Source: Podarcis pityusensis (lineage: Eukaryota). From it: DNA of 64,000 nt. Below the pieces are notes generated by a model. The model searched no databases. It had not been told where the DNA came from and worked only from the letters and a program-made list of their open reading frames with translations. This document shows, one piece after another, positions 1 through 13,623 of this stretch. The stretch lies in NCBI GenBank assembly GCA_964106645.2, contig OZ067039.1; one strand, written 5' to 3'. The position numbers and the translations under genes are program-made. How positions within the stretch are numbered: the first letter of the stretch is position 1; the number at the start of each line of letters is the position of its first letter.

Positions 1-227
1 GCCGGGGAGGGGGACAAAAAATTGGGGAAAAACCAGGTTTTTCCCTGCCCCCATTTCCCCCGAAAGTCGCTTTTTTCCAGAAAATTTGAAAAAAAACACA
101 GTTTGATGTAGTTTGAATATTCCACCCCCCCATTTCCCCCCAGAAAAAACGGCTTTGGAAAAAAAAACCAGGAAAAACCTGCCCCCCCCCAATTTTCCCA
201 GTTTTTTCCCAGGCCTTCCCATCTCTA
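1..227. mobile_element. Probable end of a hAT-type non-autonomous DNA element, truncated by the window start
   Basis: Homopolymer-rich repeat-like block ending in ...CCTTCCCATCTCTA (reverse complement TAGAGATGGG, a hAT-like TIR). The other end is not visible. Confidence 0.35.
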
Positions 228-1328
228 CTCAAGACATTCTTGAGTCTCTGCTCAAACCTGCTACATTGTTGCATTTATTTATTTTTATAAGAAAAACGTT
301 TTTGAAATAGAGGCAGACATGGTATGCTTTGCAAGGTTTCCTGGCAAGTGAATAATGACTTCTTAACCGTTCACATAACTTGCTATCCCTGCCCCAAGAT
401 GTCTTGGTTACCATTAGGTTTTCCACCACTTTTAAAGAGTAGTAGAAAAGCTCCTTGCCTATATTCATTTCCTGTCCCTTCGATTTTGTAGTGATGCAGC
501 TCAGCTGACAAACCCACAAACTTACAACTAAACAAGATGATTTAAAACCAGTCCTGTGATAACAATTGCTGAAGTCTCCCACTACCAAAAACAAAAAACC
601 CTCTCTGCCTGGATGAGATAATGCTGATATTGTGTGTTTTTTTTAATCAGAGCATAAAATTAGTATGAACTGGCATCTTAGAGCCATACATATGATTTAC
701 ATACTTCTTATATAAGATTTTTATGCTGATTTTTCATGGCTATCTGGGCAAAGGTCACAAGCAACACAAAGAATATCTTCTAGTCTGAAATGCGTCACTT
801 GTAAATGTTTAAGCAGGATAGAATTTAGATTCCATTTTTAATTGAGTTAATATCAAACCCCCCCCCCCAAGTGTAGGATGTGCGTGCGAAACCCAAAAGT
901 GTTCAGGGGTGGGGTGGACTTACCTCTAAACACCAGAGGTTCAAGCTTTTCCTTTTTCCTTTTTTGAACAAATACGTAGGCTTTGTCACTGTTTCAAGGA
1001 AAGGATTGACTTCTTTAGTGGCACTCCCTTTGAAATTTGGGACAAATGTCTCATGGGAATGATCCCATGTCACAATGTAGTGTTGTATTCCCATAAATGT
1101 TCTTGCATGTGGCGGGGGGAGATGGCTGCTCCCATTGGCCAAGTCACTCTAGAAAAACTACACTAGTACTTCAGGGGGGGAAAACCTATATTTCCCAGCA
1201 TACCTGGCATAGCAGTGTTCGGCCCTAACAGTGTTGGATTTGGAGGAGGGAGTAAAGGACTGGGCAACAAAAGAGGGACAGGAGCTTGTGTTTTGATCTG
1301 TTACTGCTTTGGTTATGTTACTCTATAG

Positions 1329-1518
1329 CAGGGGCAAGCAACATGGTGCCCTCCAAAATCATAGAAACATTGAATTGTAGAGTTGGAAGGGCTCTGAGGG
1401 CAATCTGCTCCAATACCTGCAGTGCTGTTGGACTTCAGTTCCCATCAGCATGGTCAATAGCAAGGGATGATGGCAACTGTAGTTCAATATCTGAATGATG
1501 CAACATCTGATACCCCTG
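1329..1518. mobile_element. Short palindromic hAT-type MITE containing a nested CR1 3'-end fragment (~1357-1421, - strand)
   Basis: Termini CAGGGG...CCCCTG; near-match 8-bp TSD ctctatag/ttttatag; body matches other MITE copies in the window; insert ATCATAGAA...GAGTTGGAAGGG resembles the CR1 tail. Confidence 0.6.
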
Positions 1519-1700
1519 TTTTATAGATTGTGCTTAGTGACCGAATAAGAATAATAAATCTCCATGGGGCTATTGTTTCTGTTTGTTAGTATGCTATATA
1601 TTTTTGTGTTTTTATGTTGTAAAGTATAATCCATCTTGTGATCTTTGGGTGAAGGACAGTATTCAAATTTAATCAATAAAATATAAAAATAATTAAAATA

Positions 1701-1886
1701 CAGTGGAACCTCGGGTTGTGTACGTGATCCGTGTGGGAGGCATGTTTGTAACCTGCAGCGTTTCATTGCTTCTGTGCATGCGCGAGCGCCGAAACCCGGA
1801 AGTAACCCATTCTGGTACTTCTGGGTTCGGCGCGTCCAGAACCTGAAAACGCACAACCTGCAGCGATTGCAACCGAGGTATGACTG
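1701..1886. mobile_element. Tc1/mariner (Tigger-like) MITE
   Basis: TA at 1699-1700 and 1887-1888; imperfect TIRs CAGTGGAACCTCGGGTTG / CAACCGAGGTATGACTG; internal hairpin. Confidence 0.8.
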
Positions 1887-2086
1887 TAAAATAAAAGATG
1901 TGTCACACGACTTTTATGTTTATACTCAGGGGTGATGTTCTCAGTCCGCACATGTCTGGGAACATACTCTGTAGCATATTCAGCATAATTTTGCCCTGCT
2001 TTTTAGAGAGATGGACAAATCCCCAGCAAAGATAAGGAGAACTATCTATATTCTCACATCAACTGGGACAGCTTCTTGGACATCCT

Positions 2087-2113
2087 GGGGGGGGGGGGGC
2101 GGGCGGGGGGGGG
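2087..2113 (+). repeat. Poly-G tract (G13 C G3 C G9), G-quadruplex capable
   Basis: Read directly from the sequence. Confidence 0.8.
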
Positions 2114-3433
2114 AATGAAATGCATGCTAATTATGCTACCAGTTCCTGCTGCTAGTTCCTGGCACTAATTAAGGCTTCATCAGACCTTTCATCCTCCATC
2201 TATGAAAATTAATAGAAGAAAATACAATGATACTTATTGTTTCATAAGTACCTAAAAATATCCCAAGGCAGTATCCAAAATGGTCCTACAGTGCCACATG
2301 TAAGGTATAATGAAACGCTACGGAAAAATAGTCTTAAAAGAAGCGCTGGAGATCCTTAAAACCCTCTACAGCAGAGCCATCTATGCAGATGCTTTTTCCA
2401 TCAGTATGCATCATGTATGTAATTTTCCTTTCCAGTACAGCTGTCGTGTTTAACATATGCTTGTAAAAGTACTTGCCCCTTTCCTCTCTGAATGTTTTCC
2501 TTCTCTGGCTTGGCTTGTATATAGATATGTTGCTTCAGGCAACGCACTGCTCCCTCGCCCCTTCACAGAGTCTTTGTAGCACCCAATACGACAGAACCGA
2601 AAATTGCTTATATTGCTTATGTAAAATACTCGTATTATTCCCCCAGTGCTCTTACCTTCCTCTTGTGTCCTCATTCTTTCTTCCAAGTCAGCTTTCAAAG
2701 CTTTCTGCATCCCCTCCCTCTCCCATTTTACTTCCTTCCCTCTGCTTGTTTTCTTGCTTAGACTTCTCCTGGCTTATCTTGCCCCTGTGGATTCCTGTTT
2801 TGTTCATACTCCCCACCAGAGCACTGAAGTGCTCTCAGCTTCTAAAGCTGAAGATAAGGGTTCTTTTCCAGGCCATAGGAATATAAATGCAAGAGAGGCA
2901 CATGGGGAGGGGAAGGTGGTGGTGGCAGTAGTGGCAGCTCCACAGGCTACAGAAGCAGGGAAGCTGGAAGCTAACGTAGGACTATGTCCAAAGCATCCTG
3001 CCCTAGATGGGCTGTTTCCTTTGACCTCAGAATTCTTTCACCGAGTGGCCACAGAGTTTCATGCTTTCAAAATGGTCAGTGGTTAAGTTGTGGGATGCTG
3101 CTAACTTCACAGTATCACTTGCCGTTTGTTGGATAATATAAATGTTTGCTTGTAGCCTTAAGCTTAAAAGATTTTCAAGGACATATGCCTCTTCTTTAGG
3201 CAGTTGGAGCTGCAACCCTACATAGACACACTAGGCAGTAAGTCCCATTGAAGTCATTGAGCTGACATGTTCAAGATGACGCTCTAAATGCACTGTTTCA
3301 ACTGGGGCTCAAGCTTTAGTCAGAGACTGTGAATTAAGAGCACACTTGTGTATCTTCTGAGGCTGTTTCAGTCTTGGTTAGTTCCATTATAACATGGAAC
3401 AAAAATCAGTACTGAATCTACTTTTCTTTCAAC

Positions 3434-3557
3434 CAGTGCTTTTTATGGGGTACTGAAGGGTATGCAGTACCTGCACCTCTTTTTTGTTGTTGTGGTACTT
3501 ACTGTAACAACTTCACGGTGAGTACCAGCACCTGTTTTTCTAGGGGGGAGGGGACTG
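3434..3557. mobile_element. hAT-type MITE
   Basis: Termini CAGTGC...GGACTG flanked by a perfect 8-bp TSD CTTTCAAC (3426-3433 and 3558-3565); 8-bp TSDs are typical of hAT elements. Confidence 0.8.
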
Positions 3558-5329
3558 CTTTCAACCCTGGGTGGTAGCTTTTGTTTGCAGAACTGTTGAT
3601 TGTTTTACACTTTCTACAAGAAGTTTCTGCAAAAACCTGGGATTTTATTAAAATTTATCAATGAAGATGCTTAGAAACAGCAGGTGCTTAGAAATCCTTT
3701 CATCTGTTGACAAACTTGGTTTCAGTGCATGCAACCCCTATAATTCCCATTGAGTCAGTCTACATGCTCACCCATATTGTTGAATGGGGCAATTGTCAGA
3801 TGACTACAGTCTCCACAGCCATTTTCCTTACTTTTTATGCAAGTAAGCCTTGGAGAAAAAGGTTGGACTCTTCTTGTGTTCTCAGTTGCAATGTGATACT
3901 TGGAACCTGAATGATACCATGGAGATGTGCTCTTTGCATTTGGTAGACAAATGAAAATTGATGGGGGCCATTCTGAACAGGCACTGGAATGAGATGCAAA
4001 TTAATGAGTAGCAAAAGGGAGGACAGGAGAATGTGAAGAAAGAAACATGTATAGGATCAGGTGCCCAAGAAGCAGTTTTCTAGACTCCACATACAGTTTA
4101 GAGCCATAAAGCAGATAGAATGATTTTGTGAGGGACTCTAGAGCAATTCAGGAATCACCTAGATGGCAGAGGAAGCCAAAACTGTGCTGGGAAGTAAAGT
4201 AGACCGAACAAAGCAGTTGCAGTATGACAGGATACTCTGTGTCCGTGTCCCAACTGTGTAATTGAGGTTAGTGGGTCAAAAAAGCTTTTGCAAACCAGAG
4301 CACGTTGTGACTACCAGTGTGCAGTAATTCCTTCTGCAAAAAACAAACACCCAGCTCCACAGAGGCAGAGTCCACTGCAGGACTTTTAAGGAGCAAACGT
4401 CCCACAGCACCTACAGAAGTTACCAGTCTAATGCTTCTTCCTTAAGTGGTCCTCTCCTCACAGTTGTAGGAATGGTTAGCTTCTGAAGATCTTGAACCCG
4501 TAATGAACAGGAATGGTATTTTGAGAGGAGACCCTGCTAGTTTTAGTTCTTTTTCATGAAAGATACATAATTTGAACATTTTAACTGTTACTTCTTTTTA
4601 TCTGTTTGTCCCATAATGCTCAGTATGGAATGCCCATGGAAGCTTATTGATGCTATGTTTGCAACATCATAATTTTGTAAATGATGCATCTTTCCCTTTA
4701 TTTGTTAACACTCATTCCCACTAGATGGCATCATATCCTCCGCTTTCCCAAAAAATCCCATGAAGCTTTGGGAGTTTGGACTATTTCTACAGCGCTGCTC
4801 CAAAGAAACCACTCGTGTTTGGAACAGTGCCAAATTACATTAACCTGTCCTTGGGTTGGTGCGAGGATGAAGAATCATCATTAATTTGCAATATTTCGGA
4901 TCCGTGGAGGGCAATTTCCAATGCTATGAAACCTGTTTAATGATGGCAGAATGGAAAGAAACAAAAGTGGCCCTAATTGAATCAAAATATAGGCCCCAAA
5001 GCTCTAAAGGTGCTGCTGTCATTGTTGTTGTTTATAGAGCATCTGAGATATAATAGTCAATTAAAAGTGGAAATTAAAACTGCTTGTGTATGCAGCTCAC
5101 AATCCAAACAAACAATTTAATCATGACCTCGAGTACCATTTTGTGACTGAGGTGCAAAACCCTTCTTCAGTTTAGATTTGTCTGGCCAATAAAACCTTAC
5201 AAACCCTTTGTTTAGCTTGGGATTCTTAGGGAGCAATCCAAACCCAAGATTTGTCAGGATCAGCTGGGTTGCTGGCTACTGTTAACAGAGTATACAGCTT
5301 CTGGCCATGATGAGTATACTCTCTCTCTC

Positions 5330-5488
5330 TGGTTAGGGGCATACTAGTTCCAGGAGGCTGTAGGGTGGAGGTGGGGGCGTGTTCTTGTGTTTGGGTCTTG
5401 CTTGAGAGTTTCCCACAGGCATCTTGGGTGGCTGCTGTGAGAATAGGATGCCATTGGCCTGGTCCAGAAGGCTTTTCTTACGGTCCTT
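5330..5488 (+). mobile_element. Degraded 3' end of an older CR1-type LINE subfamily
   Basis: CCCACAGGCATC...GGCTGCTGTGAGAATAGGATG...GGCCTGGTCCAGAAGGCTTTTCTTA resembles a common squamate CR1 3' UTR (recalled consensus). Confidence 0.5.
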
Positions 5489-8400
5489 GTTTATAATGGA
5501 CAAATGTCTGTCTGAGTCTCAGCTTAGCTTAGCTGAGGCTGTGCTGACTGAAGTCCTTCATCCCAGCTCAGCAGAAGATGTGCTGGCACAAGTCCTCCAT
5601 CTGGATAGCTCTGCTCCAGAGTTCATAACGGGTGGTTTATAAGGCCCTGCCATGCATTGAAAAGACACAAAGGGGGTTATACAGCCATGCTTCCCCAATC
5701 AATGCCCATATGTTCTGGGTACATTTAAAGAGTTATCTGTGTGAGAAGGTACCCTGGCCACATTAGGGCCCCTCTACGCATGGAGGAGCACACGCATTGG
5801 TATGTGTGGAGAACTCCTTCCCACATTCTTTGAACATGTCTATTTCAGTGAGTGTGTTGCTTTACCAGGCAGCATCATCAAGGGATGAGATTAGCCAGTG
5901 TGGTACCCTCCCCAGCTTTTGCTGCTCATTAATTTGCACCTTGTTACTGTAACTGTAAGGTTCAGATTCTGGCCTTGCTTGCCTGTCAGAGACATAAGTA
6001 GTGAAGTCCTTATGGGAACCTTATGAATGATCTGCGGATTGTACCTGCACTTAGGTGTTTATTGTTGTTTCAAGCAAGCATGGGTTTCAGCCTATTTTGA
6101 CAGACACAAACCAAGTTTGAACGGGGGTGCATTTTCTCCTCTAGCGTTTAGTGTATTGTGGGAAAGGGCATTTCCTGTTTCCGCCATCAAGAACGATGTT
6201 TAGCCCGCAAGTAATGAGAGTAAATTGTGCTCACCCAAGGAAGAGAGAGTCTTGGAGCAGATGGTATCATGCTGCAAAACAACCTGCCACTGAAACATAA
6301 ACAGACAGCAGTGACATATGGATATAGGGGATAAACCCCTCAAACAGGCTGTAAAGCCTTGGCTGAAACAAGTTAGTCTCATAACAGAAAACTGAAGAGC
6401 CTGCCTTCTTATTGTGCGCTGGATCTCACTGGATCCCTTTGAGGCGATAAACTGAGCTCAAAGTTGTTTTTCCTTTGAGCAGAGGCATGCTGTGCTCCAA
6501 GTTTGTTTGTTTTTACATTTATTTAAAAATAAAATGATAAACTTTCAGAACAAATGACAGATATTAATTAGTGCAGCAGTGGTACCTGCATAGGACTACT
6601 GTCTGCTTAATGAGAGAGCCCCAACAGAAAGAGCTTCTCTTCATCATTTCAAAGATGGTAATATAGCTCTGGTCTAATTACCTCTGTATATGAAAGAGCT
6701 GACTGCATCTTTCTTCTTATCAGTAGGATATATCCTGTTTTTCACCTAGAATTATTCAGTCTTGTTGACTAAAGGGTATGACAGGGTTGAGATCATTTTG
6801 GTGCCGGGTGATGCATTTTCATTTTCACATGATTACCCTCTCAACCACATGAGGACCACGGTTGCATTAAGCCCAACCACATGGGTACAATTATTTCTTT
6901 ATTATGGATTGTAGTCCATGCTAGCCCTACCCATTGATGTTAATAGGCATGACTAACTTAGCTTCATTAATTTCAGTGGGTCTGCTCTGAATAAAACTTG
7001 GCTGGATATAACCCTGTTTATATAGTGTTTCTAAAGTAGCATGCCCACAAAGCAGTTTATGATTATCTTTTCCCCCCTCTACACCCAGATAAATTGAGTG
7101 ATTCCAAGGATTGTTGCCAGTTCTTGTGGAGATCTCCAGATATAGTATTAAAGTTGCATGTTAATCCTTCCGTGAGGCAGTAGCATGCAGAGTTGAATGT
7201 GTGACGAATATGTTATTCATATTTTGAGGTGAACAAGTTGCCACCTCTTTCCCTGCAAAGAATGTGAGAATTCCAGTGATACTAACAGAATCTTGGCATT
7301 AAGATCAGTAGTTTTGATATATGGTATAATGCTAGGTACCCCATAGGTATTTTTCATTGTTCAGGACACTGCCAGTTGAAACTTAACTTTAAGATTTTGT
7401 CTCTGTTATCCTTGCCTGATCCTCACCATAGATTTCTGTTCTCATGGGTGACATGAAGCTTGTTTTCTGGCTGCTTCAGATTTCCCTACTGGTCTGATGC
7501 TTAATCAAGGGACTATGCATTGGGGTTAACACTGGGAGAAAGCACTAGGTTCTTGGGTAGTTCTGAATGGAAAGGCAGAGTACAGACTAACCAAAATAAA
7601 TAAATAAATAAAGTATATGTGAGACACAGATCCAGCCTTTTCTAATTACTGTTCATCTCTTGCCCCAGAGTTGGATGGTTCACTCTTTTTCCATATTTAC
7701 TCTTCTTGACTTGTCTGCTAAACCAGGCAATGACAGTCTTTATTCAAAATGATGCAACTTGAGTTGATAATAGAAATACAAGGAGTTGCCTCGTACCAAG
7801 ACAGACGTGTTCACCATCTAGCCCAACATACTGTACTCCAGCTCTCCAGAGGTCATTCCATCACCTAAAATCTTTGGGCTCTTTCTGCATTTTAAGTATG
7901 TGCTCTTCCTTTGTGCTATGGTCTGTCATCAAATAGTCCAGTTATTCTGATATTTTTCTCTGGCAATAAGCACATCCGTTTCATATACATGGAATACATG
8001 GATTGCATTAGGAGTGTCTCAATACATTTATTTGTGTGTACCACTAAAATGGCTTTTGGGGGGGGGGAGTGAAGATGTGAATGAAACATGGAAATGATTT
8101 CCAGCAAGCAGCCTATTAATACTTTATGTGTGTTAGGCTATGAGAAGTTGCCATGAGTAGTTAATAGAGCATGAAACTCTAGAGCAAGAAGTTATTGGGT
8201 CACTGAGGTCCCAGAAGTAGATGTGGGAAAAGTGTGCTGCTGCTTTTTATTGGTGCTACAAGAGTATCACATACCTGCTTTTCTAGGCTTCGCACAACCA
8301 GGTTGGTGACACAAGCAAGTGTGGTGTGCATGTTTGATCAGAGCTGTGCTTGCTACATCCACAATTGGCAATTCAACTCATACTGATTTCACCACCGCAA

Positions 8401-8489
8401 AGCTACATAAAGTGGACTGGGCACATTAGCTGTGGGCTGAGTTGCAGTCAGGAGAAGCAGTCTTCTAGTTATTATTTTGTTGTTATAAC

Positions 8490-9140
8490 AAAGAGGAAAC
8501 CTGTCTAGCTATCCTGAATGACTGTGCCCTAGAACAGTGGGTCATGGAAGCAATCAGAGGGAGGCTGGTGACCTTGGATTTAATTTTAAATGGGGTCCAG
8601 GACCTGCAACTGTTGTTGAACCGACTGGGAACAGTGTCCACAGCGCGAAAGGGATCCTGGAAGCTACAGGCCAATTAGCTTAGCATCTGTTCCACGAAAG
8701 CTGGTGGAAAGCATTTAACGATAGAATTAACAAGTATATAGAAGAACAGGTCTTACTGAAACAAATCCAGCATGACTTCTTCAAGGGTAAGTCCTGTCAC
8801 ACTGACCTTTAAGAGTTATTTGGGAGAGTTTCAGAAAGCATACAGATAGAGGTGATCCGGTCAACACTGCGTAGTTAGACTTTCCAAAAGCTTGTGATAA
8901 AGCCCCTCACCAAAGACTCCTTGCTAAGCTTAGCAGTCGTGGGAGAAGAGGAGGGGTCCTCTTAATGGACAGTAACTGGTTAAGGAACAGGAAGAGTAGG
9001 AGTAAACAGGAAGATCTCTCTCAATGGAGGGCGTATAAGAAGTGAAGCCTTCCAACGGTTGGTATTGTGAGCTGAGCTCTATCATTTGTTCATGAATGGT
9101 CTAGTGTTAGGGACGAGCAGTGAGGTAATAAAGTTTCCCC
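8490..9140 (+). mobile_element. Old, internally deleted CR1 LINE ORF2 relic (endonuclease end joined to RT)
   Basis: Frame-broken translations LEQWVME...TLDLILNG (endonuclease), then GSYRPISL, QHDFFKGKSC, DFPKACDKAPHQRLL; these parallel the intact CR1 at 41848-43197. Confidence 0.8.
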
Positions 9141-9482
9141 ACTACGTATTGTGGAAGGCAGTGAGACTATGTGATGACGATACAGCGAAGGGACAGGGAC
9201 AGCTAGTGTGGCCTTAACTACCCCCCTTCACACAATTGTAATCAAATTTGTTGTTGCTGTTATTTCATTTCATTTATGAATCGCTTCTTATTAAGTATCT
9301 TGAAGCAATTTCACAGTGCAGTAGAAGCATGTATGAAACAAATTGCATGTATTGGAGCAGTTAAAACAATTGCATATATAAAAAACTATTTCATATCCAA
9401 TACAGAGCAAAATACAGATAAAAATCTCCACTTAGAAGGATTATTGAAAGAGGAAGGAGAATGCCCCAATAAGGGAGGTAGA

Positions 9483-9518
<36 letters not shown>

Positions 9519-11284
9519 TGTTTTTGTGTGGGAGAGGGAGAGATGAAGTTGTTTTGGGCTTAGCTGCAAAATCTTCTCCCACCACAATCAGGAAGAAGGC
9601 TATTTTTGCCTTAATAGCAAAATGGTGAAATCTCTGTTTGTCTCTATACAACTGAAAAGGGAAGAGCTCCTGAATCCAACTTCTCCAGTGTGAACAGCTG
9701 GAGCCCCAAAGGAGAAGACTTTGCCAAAAGTTGCCTTGCTGTTCCATGTTGGAGAAAAGGGGGTTGGTTAGATTGCTAACTTGTGTCTCAGCTGAAATAG
9801 CCAATGATGCTGGTGTTTCAAACACTGCACAGTTCAAAATGTGGCCCTTCTTAGTATTTGCTGAGCAGGACCTTAAGAACTGAGGAAATGATGTTCAAGG
9901 TCAGAAACTAGAGAAAATGGGAGATAAACCAGGCATTGGAGGAGAAGACTGTATGTATCAGAGCACCAGGAAAATAGATGGATCAAAACTTGTGACCAGA
10001 GGGAAGGGAGGAACATGATACGCACACAAACAGTGTGAGTGGGTAGGAGAGGAAGTAAAAGAAGGGAGTTGCAGTATGTGGCTGCATAAGCATATGAAAG
10101 ACATTTACAGTCCCAAAATGTTAATCTGACTCAAGCGTTTGCTCGCTGTATAAATTTCCTATGAATTACTCGACTTTAAGACTCAAGGATTTTGCTTCCC
10201 GCAATGGAGGACTTTTGTTTTTCCTTCTGTTCATTAAAATTGCCTTTCATGAATCCAAAAATAAAGCTCACAAAGTCTGTGATTCAACCCACATGCAAAT
10301 GGATGGTGAGGAAAGGATCCTGGCGCTGCCAAGTTAGGAGGAGAGGTCACAGGGGGTGCACACTTGACCACATGGAATGCATTATGGGGCCTAATGTGGG
10401 AGGAGGAGAAGGCGGTTGGCACAGGGATTAAGGAATGAGAGCATTAAGCTGTGACGTTTGTAACGTTCTGTTTCTGCAGGCGTAGGAGGCGGTGCCGCAG
10501 TCCTAGGGATGCTCTCATCTTTGATTCAATAGTGACCTCAGCTGCTCCTGCATGGTGCTGAGGAGACAGTGCTGCAGGGTATGACCCAGTAGGGGACATT
10601 CAAATCTTTGATATTTCTCTCAGTTCCTCACTGTGGCTCTAAGGCAGGGGTGAGCAGAAGGTAGTACAGGATATTCTGGTAGATTTCCGGGTGATTTGAA
10701 GGTTTCTGACTCACCGTTGTTTAACAATAGTAACAATTCGTGTGTGGGAAGTGTTTGTTTATGGTACTCGGAACAAATTTCTTGGCTCGGGATTCTCTAG
10801 TTCTAAGTGTGCATGCTTTGTACCTGGCTCCAGTTGGTGGATCTGGGAGTTCTAGTCCCACAAAATTCTAGTCTGCCCTGTATCCTCCTGGCTTCACATT
10901 GTGGCTCATCCTGAACGTTTTGCTGGAAAAAAAGTTGGGTGCTTTAGAGAAATGCTTCTGGGCATCATAATGCTTATGGTATGGTATGTCCATATCCAAA
11001 TACTTGTAAATCCACTCTTCAGCTCTGTAAAACCTTCTCTCCAACTGTGTTGGACAATGCAAGCTTTTCATTTCTCATCTTTGTCTAGTGTTCCCATGTA
11101 CTGTTAAGCTGTCCCTGCCTCGTGAAACGTTGCACTGGACTTGGGGATAAATGCTCTCAATATTTATTGTACATGGAACTCTGGGGATCCTGTATCTTAA
11201 ACAGCAACAGCAACGGAAGTATTGAATTGTTACATGGGATAGTTCCAGAAATATTTATGCTGATTTGACCTCTTTTTCTTGCAG

Positions 11285-11399
11285 TTGCCTGTCCTGTGTG
11301 AATGGATTCTTTCCTTGCCATTGGTGTAAATATCGTCATATTTGTACCCACAATGCCGCTGACTGTTCCTTTCTGGAAGGGCGTGTCAACATGTCTGAG
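11285..11399 (+). CDS. PLXNA1: Plexin A1 internal exon (PSI2): [38 protein letters not shown]
   Basis: Pyrimidine tract + gcag acceptor, GTAAGT donor; 115 nt, phase 2 to 0; matches recalled human PLXNA1. Confidence 0.96.
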
Positions 11400-13574
11400 G
11401 TAAGTTACCAAGACTGCCTTTGCAACTCTGTATTGTGGATCCTCTCGTTTCTCCCCCCATCCCTTTTTTCATAACAATGCTACATACAAAAAGACCTGTA
11501 CCATTTAAAAGCATCTGATCCAAGGCTCAGGTAGTAAAAAATAACACCACCCTGTTTTGTACTGTGGTAATTTGTATATGGGGCTTTGTTCTGGGCATCA
11601 CTGTTCAAAAATGTGGAAAATGATTTAAGAGAGCCACAAGGGTAAGAGAGAATATAAAAGGCAGGTCATACAGGGAAAGTTGATTGCTTTTTTTGATTGC
11701 TTATTTACTTTCCATACTGCTTAATAAATTAAAAGTATCTCCAAGTGACGTACAGAATACTGAAGCAACAACAGACATCTTAAACAAAATATTACAAATG
11801 CACAGTTACATATTAAAACATCACATTAATACAAAGTTACTGATATATCTCAATCAGTATCAATTCATTTTCCTTCAGACATTCCTTCTCAGCCCCCTGG
11901 ATTCTCACCCAGGGTCCAGACAAATGCTCAGCTCACCCACAGAAGTCTCACAATGAGAAAAGTTCCTGGAAACCATGACTATCACCCTAGTTTCTCACTC
12001 TGCACTGGCTTTTTATGGGCAGATATCAAGGTGGATGCTACTTCCTCAGCTATGTCTCATTCAGCTGCACTCTCCACACCCAGTTCCAGGTGCAGCAGGT
12101 TTGTTGTGTTTCCCAGGGGGTCCAGAGGAGGGGAAGGTGTCTCCCTCCATTCACAGCTCTTGCTTCACCCTCTGTCCTCTCCTCCTTCTTCAGCTGCTTG
12201 AAGGACCTTGGTATGTTTAGCTATGGAACAAGATCGGAGAAAAGGCTTGGAGGTGTGGAAAAAAGTTAACAGGCTTCATTGGGGGAGAAAGAGAACAAAT
12301 AATTGTTCATTCTGTCCACTTCTGTGAATTGTTCCGTCTGTGATAGTATAAGAAGTAATGGTTTAAAAGTATTTTGGCTAATCTTTAGGAAGACCTGCCT
12401 GGCTGAAATTCCACAGTGTAAGAAACTGTCTTGGAAACTTGGTGGAATTTTCTCCATTGTAGACTATCAATTGTACTGAAGTGGTTGCCATTCCACCCTT
12501 CTCCTTATGCCCCAGGCAGGGGGAGCAATGACAATTAATTCATTAATGTTTAAAGGTGGTGCTGTGGGGGAGAATAATAATTGCTACAGACCATTAAAGT
12601 CAAGCAGTATTAGTTTTTGGTGACTGTAACAAACCAGACCAGGGCAATGAATTATTTTCAATTAATGTTTTAAACATTAATTCCAGTTAATCATATGCAT
12701 TAATAAGATTTTCAAGCTGGCCTCAGTCATGTGCACTTTACACTTCAGCCACACCAACTTGGGCAAGTGGTCCCCAGAAGGTTTGCAGTGGGACGGCGAG
12801 GCCCTTGGACTGGAAACATTAGCCAGGCTGTTCAGAAGATAAGGGCCTGGCTTGTGAGACCTTTGTGTGGCGGGATGCTCTGGAAACTTCAGTGGAGAGA
12901 AATCTTTCCACACCAAGAGGATTTTGCTTCTTCACCCTTTTTTGATTTACCCTGGTTGCACGGTCAGTCTGCAAGCCATTAAGAGAGAAGCCTGCGGGCC
13001 AGGATGTCTGTTTCAGATAGGTCACTGTTGCACTCACTGGGGTCCTTCCTTCCTCTTCCTGTCTTATCTTTATTAGTCTGTCATTTCAGTCCTCAGGCAC
13101 ATCTTTAACTCCTTCTCTGCTGCATTGATTGAGTGTTCCTCCAGTAAATCCGAGTTATGATTGCGACAGATTTTTCAATTGTTTTCTAAGCTACCTTGCA
13201 GGTGAGACACATGGAGATTTCCACAGTATACATGGTGAATCCTCCAGTGTCCTTAAGGATGACTTTAATGTAAGAGCTGAGGAAACCACCCATTTCCTAA
13301 AATGCATACTTTATTTCATTTCTGATTTGGTTCATGTGATGTGGAGTTTGAATTGTCAAGGAGAATCAGTGATTCCAAGTGACAGATCACCTGCCCTGCA
13401 GAAATGAGCATTTGTATCCTGAGTGTCAATTCTTAGAGGCAAGGACAGAGTTTTGCTTTTAGATTGCAAAGGAGCAAGGAGTGCTAAAATAATACAGTGC
13501 ACTGGCTAATGAACTCAGGACAACAGAACAATCTCACTGTGTGCCTTTTTGTTGCAATGAGGTTTTTTTTAGAC

Positions 13575-13623
13575 AATGTAATGTAATGTAATGTAATGTA
13601 ATGTAATGTAATGTAATGTAATG
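13575..13623. repeat. (AATGT)n pentanucleotide microsatellite
   Basis: About 10 perfect units. Confidence 0.95.

Noticed and set aside
2450-3086. Overlapping 86-146 aa ORFs, and similar ones at 9391, 21438, 25540, 27086 and 62949
   Set aside because: No recognisable homology or exon-like boundaries, often non-ATG starts; consistent with chance ORFs in intron sequence.
1-11284. The preceding PLXNA1 exon (expected ...KFASVDFVFYNCSVHQS)
   Set aside because: No matching sequence found by eye; it probably lies upstream of the window.
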